NCBI GenBank assembly: GCA_021788195.1
Contig: JAJYKY010000001.1
Location: 1 to 61,092, forward strand
Source of the DNA: a bacterium
GTDB lineage: Bacteria > Patescibacteriota > Microgenomatia > JAMCZE01
Length of the DNA: 61,092 bases
Reading direction: 5' to 3'
Below, piece after piece: positions 44,811-54,829 of the stretch. The notes below the pieces were generated by a model that was given only the letters and a program-made list of their open reading frames with translations, was not told the origin of the DNA and ran no database searches. Made by a program: the position numbers and the translations under genes. Position 1 is the first letter of the stretch. Each line of letters opens with the position of its first letter.

Positions 44811-44840
44811 AGCTTTATTAATAGCGTGATATAATCACTT

Positions 44841-45104
44841 GTGAAAAATTTGGTCATCTTCGGAGCCATCCTTTTCATTCTTCTCGCCGCTTTTTCTGTT
44901 TACCAGATTACTCTTTTGCGAAAAGCTCACAGCACATTTGAAAATTATTATGCCTTTCGCGGCTGCACGAAACTTTTGGAAAGAACCGGGACTTATGGCA
45001 CCTGCCGACTTTCTTCCGGACAGACAATAAAAATTGTCAAATTCCGTAACCGCTGGTACCTTAACGGCGATCTCCCCCGTTGCTGGTCAGGTTTTTGCCT
45101 GTAA
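44841..45104 (+). CDS. Small secreted/membrane-anchored four-Cys protein
   Basis: 87-aa ORF with a GTG start. TGaTATAAT lies 5 nt upstream. Signal anchor followed by four Cys residues. Confidence 0.45.
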   Translation: MKNLVIFGAILFILLAAFSVYQITLLRKAHSTFENYYAFRGCTKLLERTGTYGTCRLSSGQTIKIVKFRNRWYLNGDLPRCWSGFCL

Positions 45105-45296
45105 CTTCCCCTACCGGCCTTTGACAAAATCCGCAATTTTCTCTTTTGCTTCTGCTTAAAAATAATCGCCTGGCAAAAGAACAACCGGCCGCCAAAGAAC
45201 CGGATTTTAAGATACTGATGCCGAGGAAAAGCGCCGTCCGGAAGCCCCCCAACACCTTTCAGTCTTCTTTCAGGATCGGCTGGTATATTCTAAACC

Positions 45297-45767
45297 ATGC
45301 TGACAAATCCAAAAACTGATGAAAATCAGGCTGTATCCACACCAGCCAACCACAGTGGGGCCATTTTGGCCGGCATTATTATCCTGGTCTTGGTCATAGG
45401 CCTCAGTTTTTACATCGGGCGAAGATTCGCCCGTTTTCGGGCTCTTCGCCAGAGTCCGGCTCCGGCTGCCCGGGGGTATTTTTCCCGGGGGATGATGCCG
45501 TTTAGGCGAATGGGGCAAAATTTCAGGACCGGAGCCGGTGGTTTAACCGGCCAGATCCAAAGCCTTAACGGTAATCAGGTCCAAATTATCCTGCCAAACG
45601 GTCAGAGTCTGACAGTAACCCTAAACAACAATACCAACTATTCCCAGGTCGGCCCGGCCAGCCAACAAAGTTTAAAATCCGGAGAAAGCATTTCCGTTTT
45701 CGGACGGAGAACCGGGAGCGGCTCTGTCTCCGCCCAAAGTGTCCGGATTAACTCCGGGGCTCCCTGA
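45297..45767 (+). CDS. Membrane-anchored hypothetical protein (156 aa)
   Basis: TGgTATATT lies 7 nt upstream of the ATG. One TM helix (ILAGIIILVLVIGLSFYI) and a beta-rich C-terminal domain. Confidence 0.5.
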   Translation: MLTNPKTDENQAVSTPANHSGAILAGIIILVLVIGLSFYIGRRFARFRALRQSPAPAARGYFSRGMMPFRRMGQNFRTGAGGLTGQIQSLNGNQVQIILPNGQSLTVTLNNNTNYSQVGPASQQSLKSGESISVFGRRTGSGSVSAQSVRINSGAP

Positions 45768-45783
45768 TAATCTTAGTTTTAGC

Positions 45784-46074
45784 CTACAAGAGATTTCCTT
45801 GATATCGTCCGTTAACCACTTTTAAACCCTCCGCCCGCAATTTATTCTCCTGAACCCCCAGACCCCCAAAGGCATAATTTCTCGATAATCCGCCGTCCTT
45901 GTGAATAACCCGGTGGCAGGGAATTTCTTGCGGCTGGGGATTAAGGTGTAAAACATGGCCGACAAAACGCGGGCTTTTGATACCGGCCAATTTCGCCACT
46001 TGGGAATAAGACAGAACCTGTCCACGGGGAATCCGGGAAACCACAGCATAAACTTGCGCCGCCAGCTTTGACAT
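45784..46074 (-). CDS. MGMT-family (O6-alkylguanine-DNA alkyltransferase) DNA-binding/active-site domain protein
   Basis: 96-aa ORF with the PCHRV active-site motif and an upstream helix-turn-helix (YSQVAKLAG). Only the C-terminal MGMT domain is present. Confidence 0.8.
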   Translation of the reverse strand: MSKLAAQVYAVVSRIPRGQVLSYSQVAKLAGIKSPRFVGHVLHLNPQPQEIPCHRVIHKDGGLSRNYAFGGLGVQENKLRAEGLKVVNGRYQGNLL

Positions 46075-46079
46075 AAAAG

Positions 46080-46448
46080 TTATTTCGTTTCCGATTTTAA
46101 CTCGACTTTAACCGGACGCAGGAGCATAACGCCCAAAGAGGCAATTTTGAAGCCAACTTCCAGTAAAAATCCCATCAAAAAGAAAACGAGGGCCAGATTG
46201 GCCGTACTATTGATCATATCGGCGGAAATTAGTTCGGTTTTGGCACCGTTACTGTTTACCTGGGCCATAAGCTGGGCCGGCACTGCACCGCCCAGAAGAC
46301 CGGAAAGATCCAGGGAAATTCCGGAGAAATGGAAAATCTGGGGAACCATAGTTCGACCGGAAAAAGGCAGATAGATGTTTAAGGCCGCCACTAAAATAAT
46401 CATAATTCCGGCAAAGAGAAGAACATACCCGGTAATTTTTTCGCTCAC
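46080..46448 (-). CDS. Hypothetical three-helix membrane protein
   Basis: 122-aa ORF upstream of the MGMT gene on the same strand. Confidence 0.45.
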   Translation of the reverse strand: MSEKITGYVLLFAGIMIILVAALNIYLPFSGRTMVPQIFHFSGISLDLSGLLGGAVPAQLMAQVNSNGAKTELISADMINSTANLALVFFLMGFLLEVGFKIASLGVMLLRPVKVELKSETK

Positions 46449-46469
46449 GAAATTATTTTACCTCCGGAG

Positions 46470-48956
46470 CTAACTTTCCGTCAACTGAAGCGTCGGATAT
46501 ACCGGCCGGAGTGGCCGTTTTTGTTTGGGAAGAGATTTGGCCAAAGCGATATTTAAAACTTCATCCATGTGCTCGGCGTAGACAAACTCCATGTCCCGAA
46601 GCACATACCGGGGAATTTCTTCCAGATCCTTTTTGTTTTCCTTAGGCATAATGACAGTTTTTAATCCGGCCCGATGGGCGGCAATAATTTTCTCCTTGAT
46701 CCCGCCGATTTCCAAAACCCGCCCGCGAAGGGTTATTTCCCCGGTCATCCCGACAAATTTCCGGACCGGGATCTTCGTTAAAGCCGAAGCCAAAGCGGTA
46801 GTAATGGCAATCCCGGCTGACGGACCGTCTTTAGGGACCGCCCCTTCGGGAACATGGATATGAATATCAATTTTCTGGAAAAATTTTTCGTCCAATCCCA
46901 ATTCCCGATAGCGACTGCGAATATACGAGAGAGCTGCTTTAGCCGACTCCTGCATTACTTCACCCAGTTGTCCGGTCAAAGTCAGGGCCCCTTTGCCCGG
47001 CATTAAAGCCACCTCAATATATAAAATTCCGCCTCCGACCGGCGTCCAGAACAGCCCCGTGGACATCCCGATCTCATCCTCTTTTTCGGCCATGGTTTCC
47101 GTAAACCGGTAAGGTCCAAGGTATTTTTGTACTTTCTGGACCGTCACGTTAAAGCTCTCTTTTTTCTTTTCGACGGCTTCCCGGGCAATCTTGCGCAGCA
47201 CCTTGGCAATCTCCCGCTCGAGATTCCTGACACCCGCCTCCCGGGTATAGCGCTGAATAATCGTATGAGTCGCCTCTCTGGTCAATTTTACCTGGTAATT
47301 CTGCAAACCGTTCGCCTCTATCTGTTTGGGTATCAGATAATCAATGGCAATATGGAATTTTTCTTCGCTGGTATAGCCCGGAAATTCGACAATCTCCAAC
47401 CGATCGCGAAGCGCGGGCGGAATTGTGTCTAAAACATTGGCGGTCGTAATAAAAATCACATCCGACAAATCAAACGAGACCTCAAGATAATGGTCAGAAA
47501 AAGCGTGGTTTTGTTCCGGGTCCAAAGCCTCAAGCAAAGCCGCGGACGGATCACCCCGGAAATCTGTCCCGATTTTGTCAATTTCGTCGAGCATAAAGAC
47601 CGGGTTTTTAGTTCCTGCCTGTTTTATCCCCTGAATTATCCTGCCGGGCATTGCTCCGACATATGTCCGTCTGTGACCTCTGATTTCAGCTTCATCGCGA
47701 ATCCCGCCCAGAGAGATCCGGACAAATTTCCGGCCAAGGGATTTGGCGATGGATTTACCAATGGAAGTCTTTCCGACTCCCGGAGGGCCGACAAAACATA
47801 AGATTGTCGGCGCCACATTTGACTTGGTTACTTCTTGCCTTTCTACCGGCAGCTCACTTTTAGCGGCCTCTGCTTCTTCGGCCGGATTGTCAGCGGTGCG
47901 ACGCGGCATATTTTTCATATTCTCGTGTTTTAAACGCATGACTGCCAGATACTCTAAAATCCGTTCCTTGGCTTTTTCCAAACCAAAATGGTCCTCGTTA
48001 AGAATCTTTCTGGCCTGGTCGATTTCCTTATTGTTCGGGCTGGAAATATCCCAGGGCATCTCCAGAAGCCAGTCAAGGTAAGTTCGGATGTAGTTGTATT
48101 CCGGATTTAAATTGCTCATCTGGGCCAGTCGTTTGATTTCCTTATCCACTTTCAACCGGACATCATCCGGCATTTTCATTTTGGCCGCCCGGGTTTTCAG
48201 TTCCTTAACCTCCCGGCTGCTCTCGTCTTCCGGCCCTTCGCCAAGTTCTTCTTCAATCGCCCGCTTGCGTTCCATAAGAACATTCTCCCGGATTTTTTTA
48301 TCAATCTTTGACTGGGCCTGGGAAGCGATCTTTCGCTCCAGTTCCAGAAGTTTAATTTCTGAAGCGAGGTAGTTGAGAATCTTTTCCAGCCGGGTTCGGA
48401 CCCGCGGCTCTTCTAAAAGTTCCTGGCGCTGTTTGGAAGTAATGTTTAGCATGGACACCAACTGGTCAGAAAGTTCTGCCGGGGTAACGCCGGACATAAT
48501 CCGCATGGCCACCAAGAAATCAAATGGTTTTCCCATCCGGACCGCGTTTTGGAATTCCGAAACTATATGGTTGGCCAAAGCCAGAGTTTCTTCCTCGTTG
48601 TCAACTACTTCCGGAATTTCCGAAACTTCAGCCCCCAGAAAACCGTCCATATTGCGGAAATTCTCTACCCGGGCACGGGACAGGCCAATTACCGAAGCCG
48701 ACATTTCACCATCGGTTTGAAGAATGTGCCGGATTTGGCAGATGGTTCCCACGGAATAAAGATCCTCCGGTTGGGTATCCGGGTTTTCGGCATCCTGCTG
48801 CATGACGACAAAAAACAGTTTGTCGGATTCCCAAGCTGTCTGTAAAGCAGTCACCGACTTTGCCCGGCCAAAAACCAGCACGGTTTCGGTTCTGGGAAAC
48901 ACCGGAGCATCACGAAGCGGAGTAACCGGTAAAATTTTTGCCTGTTTTTCTTCCAT
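46470..48956 (-). CDS. lon: ATP-dependent Lon protease
   Basis: 828-aa ORF. LON N-domain, Walker [10 protein letters not shown], Walker B FMLDEIDK, proteolytic [15 protein letters not shown]. Confidence 0.97.
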   Translation of the reverse strand: MEEKQAKILPVTPLRDAPVFPRTETVLVFGRAKSVTALQTAWESDKLFFVVMQQDAENPDTQPEDLYSVGTICQIRHILQTDGEMSASVIGLSRARVENFRNMDGFLGAEVSEIPEVVDNEEETLALANHIVSEFQNAVRMGKPFDFLVAMRIMSGVTPAELSDQLVSMLNITSKQRQELLEEPRVRTRLEKILNYLASEIKLLELERKIASQAQSKIDKKIRENVLMERKRAIEEELGEGPEDESSREVKELKTRAAKMKMPDDVRLKVDKEIKRLAQMSNLNPEYNYIRTYLDWLLEMPWDISSPNNKEIDQARKILNEDHFGLEKAKERILEYLAVMRLKHENMKNMPRRTADNPAEEAEAAKSELPVERQEVTKSNVAPTILCFVGPPGVGKTSIGKSIAKSLGRKFVRISLGGIRDEAEIRGHRRTYVGAMPGRIIQGIKQAGTKNPVFMLDEIDKIGTDFRGDPSAALLEALDPEQNHAFSDHYLEVSFDLSDVIFITTANVLDTIPPALRDRLEIVEFPGYTSEEKFHIAIDYLIPKQIEANGLQNYQVKLTREATHTIIQRYTREAGVRNLEREIAKVLRKIAREAVEKKKESFNVTVQKVQKYLGPYRFTETMAEKEDEIGMSTGLFWTPVGGGILYIEVALMPGKGALTLTGQLGEVMQESAKAALSYIRSRYRELGLDEKFFQKIDIHIHVPEGAVPKDGPSAGIAITTALASALTKIPVRKFVGMTGEITLRGRVLEIGGIKEKIIAAHRAGLKTVIMPKENKKDLEEIPRYVLRDMEFVYAEHMDEVLNIALAKSLPKQKRPLRPVYPTLQLTES

Positions 48957-48962
48957 AACGCT

Positions 48963-48989
48963 TTAGCAGTCTAACAGAGGAATTGCTAA
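48963..48989 (-). promoter_or_regulatory. CIRCE-like inverted repeat (candidate HrcA operator) on the lon promoter
   Basis: TTAGCAGTC-N9-AATTGCTAA versus consensus TTAGCACTC-N9-GAGTGCTAA (8/9 and 7/9 matches, exact 9-nt spacer). It overlaps the -10 box and the predicted TSS. Confidence 0.45.
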
Positions 48990-48996
48990 AAGTCAA
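48968..48996 (-). promoter_or_regulatory. Sigma70-type promoter of lon
   Basis: On the minus strand: TTGACT (48991-48996), 17-nt spacer, TAGACT (48968-48973), then 11 nt to the ATG. Confidence 0.55.
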
Positions 48997-49040
48997 GAGT
49001 TTTAAGTACGAGTTTGACTATAAAGCCGTATTAACACACT

Positions 49041-50744
49041 TCAAACCAGCGGAATGGTAAAATAAAAGGTCGTTCCGACGCCCTCGGTGCTTTCAAGAAA
49101 CAGACAGCCACCGTGGGCTTCGATAATCCCCTTGGTGATAGCCAACCCCAAACCGGTCCCGTTCTCGGCCGAAACGTTGGATTTTAACTGTTGAAACTTC
49201 GAAAACAGTTCGGGAATTTTTTCCTGGGGAATACCCTCTCCGGTATCGGCCACTCCTACAAGCATAGCGGGTAAAGAGAGTTTTGGCAAATTGGGACCCG
49301 GCGGGAACCGAAAATCTATATCTTCAGGACCGTTAATCTTTTTAACCTGAACACTGACTTTTCCCCCCGCGGAAGTAAATTTAATCGCGTTACCCAAAAG
49401 ATTGTTCATTACCTGATAAATCCGGTTTTTATCCAGGTCTGCCTCCTGATCTTTATCGTCTATCCGGGTTTCCAGGGAAAGATTCTTTTCCCGAGCCAAC
49501 GGAGTAAAGAAAGTTATTCGTTCCGTCACCAGTTCGCTCAGCCTGTTTTTGGTCTTCATAACCTGGAATTTTCCGGCTTCAATTTTGGCCACATCCAGAA
49601 GATCATTGACCAGAGTGAGCATTGCTTCCGTCGAATCCTGCATGGAAGCAAGCAGGTCCTTCCCGGTGTCTTCGGCAGCCATCTGAGGATTTTTTAGAAT
49701 CATGTCCGTTGTTCCTCGTACCACCGTCAAAGGGGCCCGCAGTTCGTGAACCATCATGGCCGTAAAGTCGTCCCGCACCCTTTCCAGCTCCTTCTGGGCG
49801 CTGATATCCTGGAAAAGGATAACTCCGCCCAAAGTTTTTGCCCCGCTGTCCTTAACCGGCGAGATGACTATCTGAAAATAGCTATCGTTAAGATAAATGG
49901 AACCGGCATTGGTAACCTTTTCTTCCGATAATGATTCTTCAAATTTTGTCCGGATATCAGTTTTATCTGACAAAGCTTTAGCGATATCGAAGAAGTTTAT
50001 TTTCTCCGAAGACAATCCGAGCATCTTTTTGGCCGCCGGGTTTATAACTACCAGTTTTTCATCCTGATCGAGCATGACAATTCCGTCGGTTACCGATTCT
50101 ACCATGGCGTTTAATTTGCCTTTCTCCGTTTCCAGAACTCTTTCCAGCCGGTTTACCGCCCAGTTGGCCTGCTCCAGGATCTGCACAAGAACGGACATTT
50201 CCTTTCCCTGATAGAGACCCGGCTTTTTACTGGCCACGGCTAAAACTCCCAGGCCATGTTCATTTATAGACAAGGGAGTAACCCAGAACGAAGTAACCTG
50301 GTCCCGGGAATTCTCGTCAATAATCGTCCCGCTGATATTTTCCGAAAGCACGCTCTCACTGGTGTCTTTGCCGGTTACCCTTGCCAGTTCCGTCAGCATC
50401 CGGGAAGCAATCTCATCAATAAACCGCCGGTTAACCATCTCTTCCAGATGAATCCGAAAAAGAATTTTGTTAGGATCATCGGTTAAAAGCATGTAGGAAA
50501 CAACCGAAAACGGTATCAGGTTGGTCAGCGAGGAAATGATCGATTCAAGAATTTTTTCAATGTTCAGTTCGTAACCGATCCGTTCCCCCACTTCCCGAAG
50601 GATCAGGGATTCATACACTCTCTGCTCCAGAAGTTTCCGGGTACGGACAATTTCCCGCCGTGATCTTTGCGATTCCAGAAAGGCAATAATCAAAACGATA
50701 ATAACGACCGGAGAGAGGGCAGTAAAAGCATCGGACGGGTTCAT
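49041..50744 (-). CDS. Membrane-anchored GAF/PAS sensor histidine kinase
   Basis: 567-aa ORF. N-terminal TM helix, H-box MVHELRAPLT, NLLGNAIKF, GTGLGLAITKGIIEAHGG. Confidence 0.92.
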   Translation of the reverse strand: MNPSDAFTALSPVVIIVLIIAFLESQRSRREIVRTRKLLEQRVYESLILREVGERIGYELNIEKILESIISSLTNLIPFSVVSYMLLTDDPNKILFRIHLEEMVNRRFIDEIASRMLTELARVTGKDTSESVLSENISGTIIDENSRDQVTSFWVTPLSINEHGLGVLAVASKKPGLYQGKEMSVLVQILEQANWAVNRLERVLETEKGKLNAMVESVTDGIVMLDQDEKLVVINPAAKKMLGLSSEKINFFDIAKALSDKTDIRTKFEESLSEEKVTNAGSIYLNDSYFQIVISPVKDSGAKTLGGVILFQDISAQKELERVRDDFTAMMVHELRAPLTVVRGTTDMILKNPQMAAEDTGKDLLASMQDSTEAMLTLVNDLLDVAKIEAGKFQVMKTKNRLSELVTERITFFTPLAREKNLSLETRIDDKDQEADLDKNRIYQVMNNLLGNAIKFTSAGGKVSVQVKKINGPEDIDFRFPPGPNLPKLSLPAMLVGVADTGEGIPQEKIPELFSKFQQLKSNVSAENGTGLGLAITKGIIEAHGGCLFLESTEGVGTTFYFTIPLV

Positions 50745-50747
50745 CCT

Positions 50748-51128
50748 TTAGGCCGGAAAGCTAACTTTGGCAAGGTGCTGCTTTACCTTGTCGGCTACTT
50801 CCGCCGGCGTGATTTGGTATTTAAGAACATACTCATCCGCGCCCCCGTTAATCGCGTCTTTGACCAGATCTTCCTGGCCGAAATTCGTCAGCATGATAAT
50901 AATTGTATTTTTAATATCCGGATCGGCTTTAATGGCTTTAAGAACATCAATTCCGTTGGTTTTCGGCATCATAATATCTACTAATGCGAGATCCGGATGC
51001 CATTGCTTGGCTTTGGCGATCCCCAAATCGCCGTTGGGAGCCACTTCTACCTGATAGCCTTTAGACACCAGTTCGGTTTTATACAGCTTGGCAATCGCGG
51101 CATCGTCTTCAACAATAAGAACTTTCAT
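50748..51128 (-). CDS. Single-domain (CheY-like) response regulator
   Basis: 126-aa ORF. VLIVEDD, LVDIMMP and LTNFG receiver signatures with no output domain. GGGGGAG Shine-Dalgarno. Confidence 0.9.
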   Translation of the reverse strand: MKVLIVEDDAAIAKLYKTELVSKGYQVEVAPNGDLGIAKAKQWHPDLALVDIMMPKTNGIDVLKAIKADPDIKNTIIIMLTNFGQEDLVKDAINGGADEYVLKYQITPAEVADKVKQHLAKVSFPA

Positions 51129-51192
51129 AGGTAACTCTCCCCCTTTTTTTTATTATGGGAGGAATTTTTGATTTTGTAAAGCGGAAATCCCG

Positions 51193-51651
51193 CTAAACAT
51201 GAAAAACCTCTTTCTTTTCTTTAAACATCAATTCCTCCAGCAGGTTTTTTACCTGCATCGGATGGCCGACCTTGACGATATCGATTTCTACCGGGGTCGG
51301 TCCGGCCGTATGAATTGTAATGTCTCCCACCCCCAGAATCAGGTTTTTAAAAAAATCCTCCCGGACCGTAATGTGGCTGATCTTATCATAAGGGGCGGAA
51401 GTTAACTTTATTGAAAACATACCGTCGATAATTAAAACCCGCCGGTCGGTGAAAATATATGTCTTGGTATGTTTCAGGTGAACTACTTTCAAAAAATACG
51501 GCAAGCCGATCAAAAAAACGGACAACGGGAACGTGAGAAGCATCATTAAAAAATAATAGCGGTCACTGACGCCAAAAATCGCCATAATATTTTCTCCGGC
51601 CGCCAGATAGCGCCGGTGCTTGGCTTTTTGTTTTTCCGTGGGTGTAACCAC
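51193..51651 (-). CDS. bPH_2 (YdbS/YdbT-like) membrane protein
   Basis: 152-aa ORF. Two TM helices followed by YIFTDRRVLIIDG...ISHITVRE...GVGDITIHTAG. Confidence 0.7.
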   Translation of the reverse strand: MVTPTEKQKAKHRRYLAAGENIMAIFGVSDRYYFLMMLLTFPLSVFLIGLPYFLKVVHLKHTKTYIFTDRRVLIIDGMFSIKLTSAPYDKISHITVREDFFKNLILGVGDITIHTAGPTPVEIDIVKVGHPMQVKNLLEELMFKEKKEVFHV

Positions 51652-51687
51652 AGAACCATTATATATCCAAAAGGGGTTAACGGAGTT

Positions 51688-52030
51688 GTTCTTTGAGGAA
51701 CTCGTAAGCCGGATTCTGTTTATCCCGGTTTAATCGGGATTTACGACAATCTATCTTTGCCCTGCTACTTTAGCCAGTTGGGAAGCTGCATTAAGGCTGG
51801 TCGGCAGGTTGCTGCGGGGAGAATTACCCTTCGACTCGCTTCGCCCGCTCTGGGCTTGCCTTGAGCGGGTTCGTTTGTCAAAGCCGAGCATTGCAGCCCA
51901 GCGTTTCACTCTCAGTCTTGACCTTTAGGGTCAAAACGGACTCGTCTCTGTGGCTTCACTCGTCCCTGCTTCCGGCAGTCCGGACTTTCCACCCCGCAAT
52001 GGCGGAGTAGTCGTCGGTCCCTCAAAGAAC
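51688..52030 (-). ncRNA. rnpB: RNase P RNA, bacterial type A
   Basis: Minus strand carries P4 halves GGUGGAAAGUCCGGAC (5') and ACAGAAUCCGGCUUAC (3'). It also has AGAUAGAU and UCAAGGCAAG blocks, and a 13-bp P1 formed by GUUCUUUGAGGGA and UUCCUCAAAGAAC. The region is ORF-free. Confidence 0.88.
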
Positions 52031-52048
52031 AGGCCTATTTTACCATTT

Positions 52049-53065
52049 TCAGCCTGTTTTTTCCAATGCGTACTCAAGAACGATTTTTAAGGCTGCCGTC
52101 AGAGGCACGGCCGCAATAAAGCCGATAGCTCCGAAAATATGTCCGCCGGCCAGGACTGCCAGCAAAACCACTAACGGATGCAGCCTTGTTATCCGGCTTA
52201 ACACCTGGGGAATAATAAATAAATCCTCCAATTCCCGAAGCAGGAAATACATGGCTCCGACGGTAATCATTTCGTAAACCGGCGGTAAACCGAAGCTGGC
52301 AACCCCGTCAAAATAGGCGACAAAAATTGCCACTCCCGCGGCTACCGCCGGGCCGACAAAAGGCACCAGTTCCGCAAAACCGGTAAAAAGGGCGACAATA
52401 AGCGCATACCGAACCCCCAGAATAGAAAGTCCGATAAAAGTCAGGGTCGACATGATTAAAACCAGAAGCAATTGCCCCCGGAGGTAACTGCCCAGAACCT
52501 GGTTAATTCTTCGCAAAATTACCTCCGCCTCGACTTTATAGTCCGCCGGCAGAAGGTTTTCCAGGCCATCAATCATTCGCCGGCCGTCTTTGAGAAAATA
52601 AAAGGCAGCAAAGAAGAAGATAAAAACATTGATTGTCTTGGACAAAGCGCCGGGGAAGTACGGGATCACCCGCCGCGGCGCTAACTGAACAGATAGCCGG
52701 ACGGATTCAATCGTGTCCATAGCCGGCTCTTGCAGAAAGTCCGGCAAAGTTTGCGTCTGAGTTTCCAGGTCAGCGATCAGATACCTTGTTTCCCGGGTAA
52801 AATCTTCCGACTCCCGAGCCAGCCGGGTTCCGGCCACCAAAGCCAAATATCCCAACGAGACAATAATTGCCAGATAAACTATCAGTATTGACAGGCCCCG
52901 GGGTAACCGGATCTTGTGACTTAAAAAATTAACCGGAGGATTTAAAATATAGGCAAATCCTGCTGCCAGAAAAAAAGGCGTCAAAACCGCCCTCTGAGTA
53001 TAGACAAACCAGAGCAGCAAAGCGGCTACTCCCGAATAAATTAACGTTCTGGGAGGAATTTTCAT
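52049..53065 (-). CDS. AI-2E/PerM (UPF0118) family transporter
   Basis: Multi-TM ORF with AELVPFVGP and PLVVLLAVLAGG blocks. ORF track extends to 53086. I prefer the ATG at 53065, which forms a 4-nt ATGA overlap with the miaA stop. Confidence 0.8.
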   Translation of the reverse strand: MKIPPRTLIYSGVAALLLWFVYTQRAVLTPFFLAAGFAYILNPPVNFLSHKIRLPRGLSILIVYLAIIVSLGYLALVAGTRLARESEDFTRETRYLIADLETQTQTLPDFLQEPAMDTIESVRLSVQLAPRRVIPYFPGALSKTINVFIFFFAAFYFLKDGRRMIDGLENLLPADYKVEAEVILRRINQVLGSYLRGQLLLVLIMSTLTFIGLSILGVRYALIVALFTGFAELVPFVGPAVAAGVAIFVAYFDGVASFGLPPVYEMITVGAMYFLLRELEDLFIIPQVLSRITRLHPLVVLLAVLAGGHIFGAIGFIAAVPLTAALKIVLEYALEKTG

Positions 53066-53994
53066 ACCGTCTTTGTAGTATACCATTTCCCGACCTGACG
53101 CTCTAATTTTGCGCTCCAGCTATCCTGAGTCACGTCGAACCAGACAATCCGCGGCAACTGGTGTTTTAGATAGGTCATCTGCCGCCGGGCGTAAGCGTGT
53201 TCGGCAAATTTCCACTCCGTTGCCGTTTCTCCCCGGTAACCAATCGTGTTCGGCAGTTTCCGGCCGGACAGTTTCTTTCTTTCCTCTTCCATCCCCGCCG
53301 TAAAACGCTGTTCCACCCGCTTGTCAATTCTTTCGTACAAAACCGGAGACGGAGCCGTTAGCCCGACCAGAAGAATGTCCGCTTCCGGTCCCCTTTCCTG
53401 CCGGGTCGGACTTTGCACAGAGTCCGACCCGGCAGTTGCTACTTCAATAGCTCTAATCAGCCGCCGGGAATTTTGCCGGTCCGATTGATTCATTTGCTCC
53501 CATTTGGCTCCGTTTATCCTTTGCAGTCTCTCCTGAAGTTGAGCAACCGTAAAACTGTTCAACTCTTCTCTCAGTTTTTCGTCCGGCGGAAGATGCAGAG
53601 TTTCCGAAGGTAAAAGCAGTTCTTTAATATATTGCCCCGTCCCGCCGACAATAATCGGCAATTTCCCCTGTTCCCAGACGAATCCTAAAATCGCATTAGC
53701 ATAATTAACGTAGTCTGAAACATTAAAAGGGTAACCCGGTTCCACAATATCCAGCCCCCACACTTTCACCCCGCCGACATCGTAAAAACCATAAGTAAAT
53801 TCACCCTGTTTTTTAAAATTGAAAATTGTAAATTGAAAATTGTTAATGTCTTTCCCGGTCCCGATATCCATTCCCTTATAAACCTGGCGACTGTCGGCTG
53901 ACAGAATTTCACCATGATATTTTTTGGCCAGCCTTAGTCCCAAAACCGTTTTCCCGGTAGCGGTCGGGCCGGTAATAACAAGCAATTTGTTCAT
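53062..53994 (-). CDS. miaA: tRNA dimethylallyltransferase MiaA
   Basis: 310-aa ORF. P-loop GPTATGKT, SADSRQVYKGMDIGTGK, and RRQMTYLK near the C-terminus. TAAAAT lies 6 nt upstream of the ATG. Confidence 0.9.
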   Translation of the reverse strand: MNKLLVITGPTATGKTVLGLRLAKKYHGEILSADSRQVYKGMDIGTGKDINNFQFTIFNFKKQGEFTYGFYDVGGVKVWGLDIVEPGYPFNVSDYVNYANAILGFVWEQGKLPIIVGGTGQYIKELLLPSETLHLPPDEKLREELNSFTVAQLQERLQRINGAKWEQMNQSDRQNSRRLIRAIEVATAGSDSVQSPTRQERGPEADILLVGLTAPSPVLYERIDKRVEQRFTAGMEEERKKLSGRKLPNTIGYRGETATEWKFAEHAYARRQMTYLKHQLPRIVWFDVTQDSWSAKLERQVGKWYTTKTV

Positions 53995-54040
53995 TCTCCA
54001 ATTTTACCTCACTTCCCTGTTATTATGATATTATGATCTT

Positions 54041-54829
54041 GTGAGCCGGATAATAGGTTTTCTTTCCGCTTTTTTAGCTCTGTTCCTTTTTGTCCCGACG
54101 ATAACGGTCTTAGCTACGTGGAACGCGCTCCCGGGAGAGTCTCTTTATCCGGTGAAACGGGGTTTGGAGGAGATCCCGCGGTTGGTTTTTGGCGGTAGTC
54201 CCCTGGCTGCCTCATATGAAGTGACCCTGACGAACCGGCGTTTCGGCGAAGCGGAAACCTTGATCGCCTCCGATAATACCGCCGGGCTAACGGAACTGCA
54301 GACAGCCATAAGTGTCACCGCGGAAAAAATTCAGGGAACCGACGACCCGGCGGTTAAACAACAATTCATCTCCAATCTGGCCGTCTACAACCAAAAACTC
54401 GAAGAGAAAAAACAGGAAATTGCTCCTCAATCCGATGTCCCACCGGTCGGCATTCCAAACCAGCCGGTCACTCCGGCAATTCCCGCCCAGATCGCGGCAC
54501 CTTCACCAATTTCCGGGGCACCGACGACTCCGGCTATTCCGGCAACTTCTGCAGTTCCGGCACAACCCGTCCCGATAACGCCAACGGTTGCTCCGCCGCC
54601 TGTTCAACCTCCTCCTGTAGTGACGACTCCTTCCCCGGCAGCGGAAGCGACGGTAGTTACGATTACCCAGACCCAAAAGGAAATCACTCAAACCATAAAA
54701 GACCTGGAGAAACCCGCAGAAAATAAAGAGGAGAAAGATAAAAACTCTGGGAAAAAAGAAGAAAATAAAAAACCCGAGAAAAAAGACAATCGGGAATCCT
54801 CACCTAATAACGGGAAGAGGTCCGATTAA
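54041..54829 (+). CDS. DUF5667-like secreted protein with Pro-rich and Lys/Glu-rich tail
   Basis: 262-aa ORF with a GTG start. Signal anchor, LPGESLYPVKRGLEEI motif, and a long P/T/A low-complexity region. Confidence 0.5.
   Translation: MSRIIGFLSAFLALFLFVPTITVLATWNALPGESLYPVKRGLEEIPRLVFGGSPLAASYEVTLTNRRFGEAETLIASDNTAGLTELQTAISVTAEKIQGTDDPAVKQQFISNLAVYNQKLEEKKQEIAPQSDVPPVGIPNQPVTPAIPAQIAAPSPISGAPTTPAIPATSAVPAQPVPITPTVAPPPVQPPPVVTTPSPAAEATVVTITQTQKEITQTIKDLEKPAENKEEKDKNSGKKEENKKPEKKDNRESSPNNGKRSD

Noticed and set aside
53819-53846. 14-nt tandem direct repeat (ttgaaaattgtaaa / ttgaaaattgttaa) inside miaA.
   Set aside because: There are only two copies, in frame overall, encoding an Asn/Phe-rich loop insertion (NNFQFTIFNFK). 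This is most simply a slippage duplication within coding sequence, not a regulatory or CRISPR-like repeat.
54440-54700. Repetitive Pro/Ala/Thr-coding DNA in the DUF5667-like gene.
   Set aside because: It is a low-complexity linker of a secreted protein. I could not delineate a precise DNA repeat unit.
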